64,000 bases of DNA. Origin: Candidatus Woesearchaeota archaeon (GTDB lineage: Archaea; Nanobdellota; Nanobdellia; Pacearchaeales; GW2011-AR1). The position numbers were made by a program, and so were the translations under genes. Below the pieces are notes generated by a model that worked only from the letters and a program-made list of their open reading frames with translations, did no database searches and was not told the DNA's origin. The number at the start of each line of letters is the position of its first letter. The first letter of the stretch is position 1. Location: NCBI GenBank assembly GCA_964530955.1, contig CAZHCL010000002.1:1-64000 (forward strand). The letters are read 5' to 3'. Positions 17,582 through 26,823 of this stretch are shown here, piece by piece.

Positions 17582-18202
17582 TTAAGTGCCTAAAAGATTG
17601 CTAGCTTCCTGACAAGCAGCAATATTATGCTCTAAAAACTCTCCGGTTTCAAGGTCATGATTAACATAGCTCAGTATTTTTTCCAAAGAAAAGTCACCTA
17701 CTCCTGCTTTTTCCCCTTCTTGAGCAATTATTTGCTCAGAAAATTTCCTTATTGCGAAACCCAATGCATCTAACTCATATCCTTTTCTTTTAGGAATATA
17801 AATACTAGCAGTAATATCACCATCTTCAAATAAACCGCAGGAAGAGATAAATAAACCATGCACTTCAAATGAATATTCTTTTCCCACTCTTAAGACATCA
17901 AATAATCTATATGCAGATTCCCAAGATGAATCATTAGAAGTAACTTTTTTTCTCAAGAAGTAGTCCCTGCTGTCTCGATGATTTACTGGGCTGGCAACCA
18001 CTTTATCTTGATCAAGAATATTTGCATTCCCGAACAAATGAAAATGAGCCTCGCCCGTTAAAAATTTACCAGTCATTACACCTCCATCATAAGAACAACT
18101 TATTGAAGGGCGATATAACAATAATTTTCCTCTCTTGAATTTTAACTCCCTCGTAACCCGATGTAAATTATCTGAATTAACCAGAACATATCCATCACTC
18201 AT
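17582..18202 (-). CDS. Hypothetical (orphan) protein
   Basis: About 206-aa ORF with its own TATA box; ATG 18202 is preferred over TTG 18208. Confidence 0.6.
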   Translation of the reverse strand: MSDGYVLVNSDNLHRVTRELKFKRGKLLLYRPSISCSYDGGVMTGKFLTGEAHFHLFGNANILDQDKVVASPVNHRDSRDYFLRKKVTSNDSSWESAYRLFDVLRVGKEYSFEVHGLFISSCGLFEDGDITASIYIPKRKGYELDALGFAIRKFSEQIIAQEGEKAGVGDFSLEKILSYVNHDLETGEFLEHNIAACQEASNLLGT

Positions 18203-18251
18203 ACACAAACTAATTTTATTTTATATTTAAACAAATATGTTTTAAAGGATA

Positions 18252-19574
18252 CTAATACCTTCTTCCTCTTCCGCCGTAACTTCTACCTCTAGAACTAGAA
18301 CCATACCTGCTTCTTCCACCCCTATCTCCGCTATCTCCTCCCTCTCTGCCATGGCTTCTGTTATCACTTCCTCCACGATTGCCTCTGTAGCCCCCATGTC
18401 CTCCGCCTCTGCTGCCGTAACTTCTTCCTCCTCTTCTATCCTGATCAAAACTGATGTAGACCTTCTTAACATCTTCAGGAACTGGCTCCTGCTGAATTTT
18501 CAAACTATCATCTCTGAGCACATTTCTAAAGTTATCATAATCTCTCTGTGATAAAATAGTAATTGCAATTCCATCTTTGCCAGCTCTTGCTGTTCTGCCT
18601 ATTCTATGAATATACTCTGAACTTGTCTTTGGACTATCGTAATTGTAAACATGAGAAACATTCTTTATATCCAAACCACGAGCAGCCACATCAGTGCAAA
18701 CAAGAACAAAAACGCTCTGAGATTTGAAATAATCAAGTATTCTGTTTCTCTTTTGCTGTGTAAGACCTCCGTGAATAGCAGTTGCTTCAATACCTTGTTT
18801 GCTTAAATTATTAGCAACAAAATCAGCATTGATTCTAGTATTACAGAAAACCATAACCAATCCTGCTTTTTCTTTCTTAAGTAAATGAACTAGCAAAGAG
18901 AACTTTATTTCTTTTGGAGCATCATAATAAACCTGTTTCAATAATGAAGGGTCAACATAAGATTCAACAGATACCTGAACCGGATTGTTCATGTACTTCT
19001 TTGCCAATCTTTCAATATCTGGAGAAATTGTTGCTGAGAAAAGCATTGTCTGTCTTTGTTTAGGACAGGCAGATATAATTCTCTCCACATCTTCTATAAA
19101 ACCCATATCCAACATTCTATCGGCCTCATCAAGAACAAGAATATTCAAATGCTTAAGGTCAATAGTTCCCCTTTGCAAATGGTCTAATATTCTTCCAGGA
19201 GTTCCAACAACTACCTCTGCAGTCTCCAAATCAGAAACTTGAGGACCTATTCCAACTCCACCATAAATAATAGAGACTTCCAATTTCTTGAAAGTAGAAA
19301 AATGATGCATAACTTTCCCAACCTGCTCGGCTAATTCACGCGTAGGAGTTAGAATAAGGGCTTGAATACCTTTTCCTTTTTCAGAATGCTCAATAATACT
19401 TGAACCAAAAGCAAGAGTCTTACCGCTTCCCGTTGCAGAACCACCGATAATATCTTTCTTGGCAAGTGCTAAAGGTATTGTCTTTTCCTGTATTTCGCTC
19501 GGCTCAGTGAACTTTGCCTCTTGAATTATTTTTATGAGGGGTTCTGATAAGCCTAATTTTCTAAAGCTTTCCAT
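18252..19574 (-). CDS. DEAD-box RNA helicase (DeaD/CshA-like) with RGG-rich tail
   Basis: Q motif, TGSGKT, PTRELA, TPGR, DEAD, SAT, ARGLD, HRIGRTAR; C-terminal RGG repeats. Confidence 0.97.
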   Translation of the reverse strand: MESFRKLGLSEPLIKIIQEAKFTEPSEIQEKTIPLALAKKDIIGGSATGSGKTLAFGSSIIEHSEKGKGIQALILTPTRELAEQVGKVMHHFSTFKKLEVSIIYGGVGIGPQVSDLETAEVVVGTPGRILDHLQRGTIDLKHLNILVLDEADRMLDMGFIEDVERIISACPKQRQTMLFSATISPDIERLAKKYMNNPVQVSVESYVDPSLLKQVYYDAPKEIKFSLLVHLLKKEKAGLVMVFCNTRINADFVANNLSKQGIEATAIHGGLTQQKRNRILDYFKSQSVFVLVCTDVAARGLDIKNVSHVYNYDSPKTSSEYIHRIGRTARAGKDGIAITILSQRDYDNFRNVLRDDSLKIQQEPVPEDVKKVYISFDQDRRGGRSYGSRGGGHGGYRGNRGGSDNRSHGREGGDSGDRGGRSRYGSSSRGRSYGGRGRRY

Positions 19575-19695
19575 TTTATCTGTTAATTATCTGAAGGAGA
19601 AATAGTCGTTGTATGCTATCTCTCAACCACAACGCATGAAATTTACTAAATTTATGCACTAACAAAATAAACAGAAAAAGAGGCTATTTAAATCT

Positions 19696-20022
19696 TTATT
19701 TCTTCACAATAACTGCAGTTCCATAACAAAGAACTTCGCTTATTCCTGCAGCAATTTCAGTAGCATCATACCTTACACCTATAATTGCATTTGCGCCAAG
19801 CTCTTCAGCATGCTTTAGCATCATTTCAAATGACTCTTTTCTAGCCTGCTCACAAAGCTGAGTGTAAAGAGTAATGTTTCCTCCGAATAAAGACTGTATT
19901 CCTGCGCCTATATTACCGATTATAGAACGAGAACGAACAACAATTCCCCTCACAACTCCTAAATTCTTAACTGTCTTATATCCCTCAAGCTGAAAAGCGG
20001 TTGTAGCCATATCTGATTTCAT
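19696..20022 (-). CDS. YbjQ/UPF0145 family protein
   Basis: LGVVRG...[11 protein letters not shown]...EVLCYGTAV. Confidence 0.92.
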   Translation of the reverse strand: MKSDMATTAFQLEGYKTVKNLGVVRGIVVRSRSIIGNIGAGIQSLFGGNITLYTQLCEQARKESFEMMLKHAEELGANAIIGVRYDATEIAAGISEVLCYGTAVIVKK

Positions 20023-20052
20023 AAAGCCACTAAATGACAGAAGATTATAAAG

Positions 20053-20430
20053 TTATCTTTTCCCATTTATTGTAAATGCAAGGGGATTACCTAGTATGTC
20101 CAAAAAAAAGGGAGTTGTCGTTTTGTTTAGCCCGCTAACTATCTGAGCAGGATTAGTATCTGGACTGACTAAATCATCTATTGCTCGAAAAGTAGTTATG
20201 CCTGAAAGCGCGGCAATAGTATTTATTCTTCTTACCACAGTTTCAGTATTGCCTCTTCTCTCTCCGTTTAATCCGAAAAGCTCAACATCAAGACTCCCCT
20301 CATATCCAGTAGAAGAGTCATAATTACCTACACGCTCTTGCAAATAGTCAAGAGTTTCAAGGTTACTTTCAGTCCAAAATGGATCATATACCATATTCTT
20401 TATCCCAGAAATCGCTGAGGCCCGAATCAC
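20053..20430 (-). CDS. Hypothetical (orphan) protein
   Basis: 125-aa ORF with upstream TATA box; start uncertain (GTG 20430 or ATG 20394). Confidence 0.5.
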   Translation of the reverse strand: MIRASAISGIKNMVYDPFWTESNLETLDYLQERVGNYDSSTGYEGSLDVELFGLNGERRGNTETVVRRINTIAALSGITTFRAIDDLVSPDTNPAQIVSGLNKTTTPFFLDILGNPLAFTINGKR

Positions 20431-20520
20431 CTCTCAAAATTATGGAATATTCTACTAATTTAAACCTTTCTTTTTACCCCTTGGCAAAAGGCTTAAAATC
20501 CTGGCTTTCTTGGGAATATC

Positions 20521-21876
20521 ATGCTAAAGATTTACAATACGCTTACAAGAAAGAAGGAAGTCTTCAAACCAATAAAGAAAGGAGAAGTCAAAATGTATGT
20601 ATGTGGTCCAACTGTAAATGGAATACCTCATTTGGGTCATGCCAAACAACAAATAACTTTTGATATTCTTAGAAAAACACTTAAATATAACGGATTAAAA
20701 GTTAAGTTTGTCTCAAATATTACTGATGTTGATGATAAAATAATAAACAAGGCAAATGAACTTCATGTTGACATAAAAAAATTCACCGAAGAAAACACTA
20801 AAATACATCTTCAGGATTATAAAGAACTAAATGTTGAAAAATCAGATATTCAGCCAAAAGCTTCTGAGTACATAAAAGAAATGATTGATTTAATTAAAAA
20901 TCTTGAACAAAAAGGTTATGCATATATTATAGAAGAAGATGGAGTTTATTATAATACTTCAAAATTTAAGAAATATGGAAAGCTGTCAGGCCAAAAAAAG
21001 GAAGACTTGAAAGCTGGAGCAAGAGTAGCAACAAAAGAACTAAAGAAAAACAAAGAAGATTTTGCATTGTGGAAATTTAGTAAGCCAGGAGAGCCTAAAT
21101 GGAACTCTCCCTGGGGAGAAGGAAGACCTGGTTGGCATATTGAATGCTCTGCAATGTCAAAAACCCTTTTAGGAATACCTTTTGATATTCATGGAGGCGG
21201 CCAAGACCTAATCTTCCCTCATCACGAAGATGAAATAGCACAAACCGAGGCAGCATATGGAAAGAAAATGGCAAATTACTGGGTTCACAATGGATTGGTC
21301 AATGTAGATAATGTAAAAATGAGTAAGAGTCTTGGCAATTTTACAACTATTCAGGATTTGCTTGAAAAATATGATGGAAGTACGCTCAGATACTTCAGTA
21401 TGCTCTCCCACTACAGAAGTCCGACTGATTTCTCCCATGAAAAAATAGATGCTGCAAGAACTGCATTTGAAAGACTAAAAAGAAAAGTAATTGAGCTAAA
21501 GAAGGAAAGCCATAAAGGAACAGATAAAACCAAAGAATATGACTCAGAGTTTTTAGATGCAATAAATGATGACCTAAATACTCCTAAGGCCATACAAGTT
21601 TTCCAGAAAGCGCTTGATGATTTTGATTTTGACTCAAAAAAGAAACTTAAGCTCCTTGAAAAATTTGATGAAGTTCTCGGAATAGGAATAAAAGAGATGA
21701 AAGAAGAAAAACTTTCCATTTCAAAAGATCTTAAAGAATTAATGGAAGAAAGAGAAAATCTCAGAAAAGAGAAGAAATGGGCTGAAGCAGATGTAATAAG
21801 ACAAAAGATAAAAGAAAAAGGCTATTCTGTTCTTGATACCCCTGAAGGTCCCAAATTAGAGAAAATTAATACCTAA
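20521..21876 (+). CDS. cysS: Cysteine--tRNA ligase
   Basis: MYVCGPTV, HLGH, GRPGWHIECSAM, DIHGGGQDLIFPHHEDE, KMSKS. Confidence 0.98.
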   Translation: MLKIYNTLTRKKEVFKPIKKGEVKMYVCGPTVNGIPHLGHAKQQITFDILRKTLKYNGLKVKFVSNITDVDDKIINKANELHVDIKKFTEENTKIHLQDYKELNVEKSDIQPKASEYIKEMIDLIKNLEQKGYAYIIEEDGVYYNTSKFKKYGKLSGQKKEDLKAGARVATKELKKNKEDFALWKFSKPGEPKWNSPWGEGRPGWHIECSAMSKTLLGIPFDIHGGGQDLIFPHHEDEIAQTEAAYGKKMANYWVHNGLVNVDNVKMSKSLGNFTTIQDLLEKYDGSTLRYFSMLSHYRSPTDFSHEKIDAARTAFERLKRKVIELKKESHKGTDKTKEYDSEFLDAINDDLNTPKAIQVFQKALDDFDFDSKKKLKLLEKFDEVLGIGIKEMKEEKLSISKDLKELMEERENLRKEKKWAEADVIRQKIKEKGYSVLDTPEGPKLEKINT

Positions 21877-22351
21877 TCAATTTTTTCAATCTATCTCTCA
21901 GCCTAGCAGCGAGCTCATATTCTTCCGTTCTAACTGCAAAACCGATATCCCTTTCCAATTTCTGTATGGGAGAAAGTCTTGGTCTGCTTTTCTTAGTTCC
22001 TTTTTTCTTAGAAGAACCTCTTTCTTCATATGCAAGTCGAACAAAATCATTTTTCCAATCATCCTCAGGAGAATAATCACTAGAAAAGTGATTTTCTTCA
22101 ACAACCCATGAATTTCCTTTTCCTACCGTACTAACATCATAGTCCGATTCTCCAGGTCCAGTCCTTTTTATATGTAATTTCTTCTTATCTCCGTCATTTG
22201 CTTTAGAAACAATTGCTGTTAAGTCAAGATAAGGTCTCTTCTCAGTATCAAATTGGATTGCGGAGCTACGAATATATCCTCCCTCTCCTACCTTCATGAA
22301 TCTAACCCTATTCTTTATATTTTCGCCATTGGGTCTTCCTATAAAAGCCAT
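21866..22351 (-). CDS. Hypothetical protein with a C-terminal UvrB/UvrC (UVR) motif
   Basis: LERDIGFAVRTEEYELAARLRDRLKKL. Confidence 0.7.
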   Translation of the reverse strand: MAFIGRPNGENIKNRVRFMKVGEGGYIRSSAIQFDTEKRPYLDLTAIVSKANDGDKKKLHIKRTGPGESDYDVSTVGKGNSWVVEENHFSSDYSPEDDWKNDFVRLAYEERGSSKKKGTKKSRPRLSPIQKLERDIGFAVRTEEYELAARLRDRLKKLIRY

Positions 22352-22411
22352 ATCTCTTTTCTGAATTATGTGTTTAAATAATTAATTAATATGCAAATAT
22401 AGTATCTTAAC

Positions 22412-22933
22412 TTAAACCAAACTATGGAGTCTTATTACTTCAATCCCATTCGAAGTAAATTCTTCAACAAGATAGTCTCTTAATCCCATTCTAACAATAG
22501 GATCCTCAGGATCGCTTTCTTTTGGCAAATTAAAAAAATCTGTTAGTAGTGGACCAGTATATACTCTAGCAATCTTTGCTTTTTTTAAAACAGGAACGAC
22601 TTCATCAACTTTCAATACCCAATCCCGAGTTTGACTTACAGCAAATTCCTCCAAGCTATCTCCTTGTCTTAACCATAATTCTACTCCTTCACCAGAATCT
22701 CCTCCTTGCCTATGGGCGTAGGAGTCTTCAATCTCAAAAGCATATACTTTGCCATCAAGTTTTAATCTCTCCATAGAAGCTAAACCTGAATATATCCTCT
22801 GAAACTCATCAGGATTTAAAGTCGACATATTTCTGTCCTTGATTAAATCCAATAATCCTCTTAATCTTGAGATATCATGCTCATCAAAGGCAAATGACAA
22901 TTCCTCAAGAGACTTAGCATCTGTTTTAAACAT
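22412..22933 (-). CDS. Hypothetical (orphan) protein
   Basis: 173-aa ORF with TATA box upstream. Confidence 0.6.
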   Translation of the reverse strand: MFKTDAKSLEELSFAFDEHDISRLRGLLDLIKDRNMSTLNPDEFQRIYSGLASMERLKLDGKVYAFEIEDSYAHRQGGDSGEGVELWLRQGDSLEEFAVSQTRDWVLKVDEVVPVLKKAKIARVYTGPLLTDFFNLPKESDPEDPIVRMGLRDYLVEEFTSNGIEVIRLHSLV

Positions 22934-23010
22934 AAAAATACTTTGTTTGTTAATATTTAAAGATAATTATAACCGAGTTTTATTAATAAAATTGTTATAG
23001 AAAACACTAT

Positions 23011-23214
23011 TTACTTTACTAAATAACGGAACAAGTCATAGACTAAAAATGCAGGCCAGACCAAAGCCTTCAAGACAGCCAGAACATCAGGCCAAAAACC
23101 AACAGAGCCTGATAGAAAATAGACTGCCGCGCCTATAAAACCAAGAAAATAAAACAATCCGCATCTATGACCAATGTGATGATGCCATCCGCAGTTGCAA
23201 TCCTTATCTTTCAT
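23011..23214 (-). CDS. Small 2-TM membrane protein with Cys/His-rich N-terminus
   Basis: CNCGWHHHIGHRCG followed by YFLGFIGAAVY...VLKALVWPAFLVY. Confidence 0.7.
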   Translation of the reverse strand: MKDKDCNCGWHHHIGHRCGLFYFLGFIGAAVYFLSGSVGFWPDVLAVLKALVWPAFLVYDLFRYLVK

Positions 23215-23290
23215 AATTCACATTGGAATAAAAACTATTTAAATATTGCCCAAACCAAAAGATTATATATGGAAGTAAAGATTTATTTTT

Positions 23291-23797
23291 ATGGGAGAAT
23301 ATGACTTTGTAGGCGGTAGAGAAGGAGACTATATAGCAAAGCCACATTCAATCGAACCGTTTGGTTTTGTGGCTACGAGCGATAAACATGCCTTTCTTAA
23401 GCGCTATTCAAAGAGAGATATTCCAAATGAACCTTTCTCTCAAAAAACAATGGATATTGCTTCAAGATTGGTTCTTGATAGAATAGAAAATGGAAGTATT
23501 GATAAAAAGCTCGGATTAGGTTTTATGATTTTATCTAATGGATACATAAATGTATCTTTTTGGGGAGGAGAATTACCTTCATTACTAAATAACAGTCTAT
23601 TTGGTTTTAAAAACGAGGAAAATATGGCTCGAGAAATTAATGAGTTAGACATAAGAAAAGAGGGGACCTATTGTGTATGGGAGCTCGGAGTCGTTGAGCA
23701 CGAAGCAAGAGCATGGAGAAGGTATCTTCAAAGTAAAAAAGAAGAAGCTGATAAGATTCAATATCTTAATGATTCTCTTAGAGGCACCATAAGATAA
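23291..23797 (+). CDS. Hypothetical protein
   Basis: 168 aa; YCVWELGVVEHEARAW motif looks conserved, but no function can be assigned. Confidence 0.65.
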   Translation: MGEYDFVGGREGDYIAKPHSIEPFGFVATSDKHAFLKRYSKRDIPNEPFSQKTMDIASRLVLDRIENGSIDKKLGLGFMILSNGYINVSFWGGELPSLLNNSLFGFKNEENMAREINELDIRKEGTYCVWELGVVEHEARAWRRYLQSKKEEADKIQYLNDSLRGTIR

Positions 23798-23948
23798 TCA
23801 AAATCAAATTATTTTATCTTTTGCCACACCTATTGAATAATTTCTTCATTTTAAAAAAAGTAGAATCATAGAGGGCGACGTTCTGTCACATTTTTAGGGC
23901 TTTCATTATTATAAAAATATAGTCTTAATTCAGCAATCTCTTATATAA

Positions 23949-24623
23949 TTAGCGATTAACATTAAATACAGTGTATACCTCGTCGGCCACATCTTGCCAT
24001 CTGAAGAAAAATTCCGAACTATCTCCTGCTCCGCCTGGAGAGACATTCAGCGTTATAGGCTCAAATTTACCATCGGAATAAGTCCCTCTTTCTATAAAGC
24101 CTAAATTACATTCTTCATAATCTAAACTATTGTCTGTATTTGGAATACATAAAAAATTATTTCCTTGCTTAAGATAGGGTTTTGAAACATTTCTTGCTAT
24201 GGCCCATGAAACTATTCTACCTTCCAGATTATTAGGCAAGTTACAAAAAGTATCATAATTATCAGACACTATATTCAATCCATCATTGCCCAATCTTATT
24301 TTAGCAATTATTGGTCCACAGGTAGGATTAAAAATATTGGGTGAATTTATAGGAATTCCTGCTCCTTCTCCAGACAATAATCTATGATATTTATCGCGGG
24401 GACTATCTTGATCCTCGTAACAAATAGAATCTAATTCTGAAAGTCCTTCTCTTATTGCATGCGCCCTCATAAAAGATAATTCATAAGTGTTAGGCAGACT
24501 TATTCCTTTCTGTAAAGCGTCTCTTGCACTCATATATCCTGCAAATTCAGCTTCAATCTCAAATTCTAAATGTTTTTGAGTAGTCGCATCTTCATATAGC
24601 CTTATTGGAACTATCATTTTCAT
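23949..24623 (-). CDS. Hypothetical (orphan) protein downstream of tRNA-Ser(CGA)
   Basis: 224-aa ORF preceded by copy 3 of the 38-nt element. Confidence 0.6.
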   Translation of the reverse strand: MKMIVPIRLYEDATTQKHLEFEIEAEFAGYMSARDALQKGISLPNTYELSFMRAHAIREGLSELDSICYEDQDSPRDKYHRLLSGEGAGIPINSPNIFNPTCGPIIAKIRLGNDGLNIVSDNYDTFCNLPNNLEGRIVSWAIARNVSKPYLKQGNNFLCIPNTDNSLDYEECNLGFIERGTYSDGKFEPITLNVSPGGAGDSSEFFFRWQDVADEVYTVFNVNR

Positions 24624-24644
24624 ATATTCATATCTCTTTTAGTC

Positions 24645-24682
24645 TATTTAAATCTTCCTATTTATTATCACTTAATAGTTAC
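24645..24682 (-). promoter_or_regulatory. 38-nt operator+TATA element, copy 3 (31/38 identical to copy 1)
   Basis: Minus strand gtaactattaagtgataataaataggaagatttaaata. Confidence 0.5.
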
Positions 24683-24693
24683 AACTTTTAACA

Positions 24694-24775
24694 CGCCCAG
24701 ACCAGGAGTCGAACCTGGAAATCCTTGCGGAAACGCGATTTCGAGTCGCGCGGAGTACCGTTGTCCCATCTGGGC
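24694..24775 (-). tRNA. tRNA-Ser(CGA)
   Basis: Acceptor stem GCCCAGA/TCTGGGC, discriminator G; anticodon stem CGCGA/TCGCG with loop CT-CGA-AA; long variable arm; TTCGACT T-loop; no encoded CCA, no intron. Confidence 0.95.
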
Positions 24776-24828
24776 TGAAATAAATAAAAAGCACGGCTTT
24801 AAATACTATATTCTTTTATTTTCACATT

Positions 24829-25035
24829 ATGGAAAAAACGCCCGAAGAAAGCAAGATGTCAAAGGAAGAGCAGATAGGATTTCATAAGGGAGCGATAAAT
24901 ACTCTTATGGCTGAAAGAAATGAATTACTTAGAATAGTAAGTGTCACAGAAAATCTGATAAACGCACACATAAGCGAACTTGGGAAGTTAGGTGTCAAGA
25001 TTATTGACAAAGATGCTTCTCAAAAAAATAAATAA
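24829..25035 (+). CDS. Small coiled-coil protein
   Basis: 68 aa, EQIGFHKGAINTLMAERNEL helix; TATA box upstream. Confidence 0.7.
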   Translation: MEKTPEESKMSKEEQIGFHKGAINTLMAERNELLRIVSVTENLINAHISELGKLGVKIIDKDASQKNK

Positions 25036-25045
25036 TTAACTTTCT

Positions 25046-25300
25046 TTAGGAAGATTCTAAAAATCTAGTTATATCTTGCGCAGATAAAGAAGGATTATGA
25101 CTTCGGACTGCTTGCACATACTCCACATCTGAAGAATATAATCTTCTTCCATTTAATATCCAATCTTGCCAGTATCTACATTCAGTACATCCTTTATAAA
25201 AAGTACACTTAGGTTTTTTTAAAGCCCATCCTATTCTGCCCCAGAGACTTAAACGTCCAGTAGGGTCATCCTCTTTTTCATCCATCAAACTCGCAGACAT
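25046..25300 (-). CDS. Small Trp/Cys-rich protein, tandem paralog 2
   Basis: Shares LW.R.GWA...P.C.F..G...C.YW..WILNGR...EY...R..NP with 25325-25618. Confidence 0.7.
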   Translation of the reverse strand: MSASLMDEKEDDPTGRLSLWGRIGWALKKPKCTFYKGCTECRYWQDWILNGRRLYSSDVEYVQAVRSHNPSLSAQDITRFLESS

Positions 25301-25324
25301 TATCTTTTTAGTAAAATAGAATAT

Positions 25325-25618
25325 TTAAATAATATTGTTCTGATTTAGTATACTAGTTACATCGTCGGCAGTTATTCTAGGGTTATACTCTCTAATTTCA
25401 GCGATATATTCTCTTTCACCTTCTCGGCTAGAATCATAAAATTGTCTGCCATTTAGAATCCAAGACCTCCAATATCCACATATGACTCCACCATCATGAA
25501 AACCACATGTAGGCATATTTTGAGCCCAGCCCACTCGGTCCCATAATCTATTCCAATCAGTTCTATCCAGAATCTCCTGTAAATTGACTTCTGCTACCTT
25601 CAATAACGTTGTAGACAT
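25325..25618 (-). CDS. Small Trp/Cys-rich protein, tandem paralog 1
   Basis: Clear paralogy with 25046-25300. Confidence 0.7.
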   Translation of the reverse strand: MSTTLLKVAEVNLQEILDRTDWNRLWDRVGWAQNMPTCGFHDGGVICGYWRSWILNGRQFYDSSREGEREYIAEIREYNPRITADDVTSILNQNNII

Positions 25619-25671
25619 AAATAAATATATGCTTGAGAGTATTTAAATAAAATTATTCCAAATCACAATAA

Positions 25672-25765
25672 AAAGGGGAAAGGGGCGTCTTTCAGCCCCC
25701 GAATACGTGTGGCATTCCCTTGCGTGTCATTCGATAATTTATCACCTCCACAGTGAATTGATTTA
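25672..25765 (-). other. Candidate small transcript (sRNA or 12-aa peptide MTRKGMPHVFGG, 25730-25692)
   Basis: TTTATATA box (25795-25788), perfect GGAGGTGAT SD, GC-rich body, GGGGC/GCCCC hairpin followed by a T-run. Confidence 0.35.
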
Positions 25766-25867
25766 GTTAATATTTCTAAGAAGAGTGTATATAAATCACT
25801 TGAGAAGAAAAACTCAGGAGAACTTCTTCATAAGCTTTAAAAACCAATTCGTGCATAAATTATCATA

Positions 25868-26527
25868 ATGAATTACTCATATCTGCTTCCTAACTGGTTC
25901 TTTGGTTTTAGCATCGGAATGGAATTATTATTTGGAATAGTAACCCTTCTTGTTGCCATGTTTGCTTTCAGAATATTTAGTGTAACAAAGGAACGAAAAA
26001 CAAGACTCTTTGGAACTTCTTTCCTCTTGATAGGCCTATCGTACATTATTTGGGCAGGGATTAACTTTTGGTTTTCCTACATCGACCCTGAAGGTCTAAG
26101 AGAAATTACAATAGAAGGCTTAGCACTAATAGGAGTAACAAGTCTTTATGCTTATATGATTCTATTCATAAGCGGCCTTGTAACTCTGGCATACATTGCA
26201 TGTGACGTTAAAAAAGGAAAAGTTTACTATATGCTGATGGGTCTGAGCCTATTAGTAATAGCAGCCAGCTTCTATAAATTAATAAGTTTCAGAATACTCT
26301 CAGTATTTTTAATCGCCGTAATAGCATATCATTACCTTGAAGAATACCTTAATAACAAAAATAGGAAAACATTCCTTGTTCTCCTTGCGTTCATACTTCT
26401 TTTCTTGAGCAGTTTAGTCTTTGCTTTCTCTTCTGCCTACTATATGGCTTATGTAATTGGACATATATTGGAGTTAGCTGCATATATGCTGATTTTGATA
26501 AATCTTATTAAAAGCGTGAAAAAATGA
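25868..26527 (+). CDS. Multi-pass (about 7 TM) membrane protein, possible sensor
   Basis: Seven hydrophobic segments; ATGA-coupled to a winged-helix gene. Confidence 0.7.
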   Translation: MNYSYLLPNWFFGFSIGMELLFGIVTLLVAMFAFRIFSVTKERKTRLFGTSFLLIGLSYIIWAGINFWFSYIDPEGLREITIEGLALIGVTSLYAYMILFISGLVTLAYIACDVKKGKVYYMLMGLSLLVIAASFYKLISFRILSVFLIAVIAYHYLEEYLNNKNRKTFLVLLAFILLFLSSLVFAFSSAYYMAYVIGHILELAAYMLILINLIKSVKK

Positions 26528-26817
26528 GCAAAAAGCGAAACAGATTAGAAATAATAAAGGACATACTAGAAGTTATAAAGAATAAAAGCGGCAAAGTCAA
26601 ACCTACACATATACTTTACAAATCAAATCTTTCGCATCAGATGATGGAGCAGTATATGAATGAACTGAAACAAAAACAAATGATTACAGAAGGAAAATTA
26701 GGAAATGGAAAAACATATTTAATAACAAGCAAGGGAATTGATTATTTGAGTAAGTATAGAATGATTTCTGAGTTCACAGCCTCTTTTGGCTTGGGCGAAG
26801 AACAGGCTCAACAATAA
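26524..26817 (+). CDS. Winged helix-turn-helix regulator (archaeal HTH_45-like)
   Basis: KRNRLEIIKDIL, KPTHILYKSNLS, YLITSKG..YL. Confidence 0.82.
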   Translation: MSKKRNRLEIIKDILEVIKNKSGKVKPTHILYKSNLSHQMMEQYMNELKQKQMITEGKLGNGKTYLITSKGIDYLSKYRMISEFTASFGLGEEQAQQ

Positions 26818-26823
26818 CTAATA

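Noticed and set aside
18252-18430. Purine-rich quasi-repeats
   Set aside because: They encode the RGG tail of the DEAD-box helicase, which is an ordinary feature.
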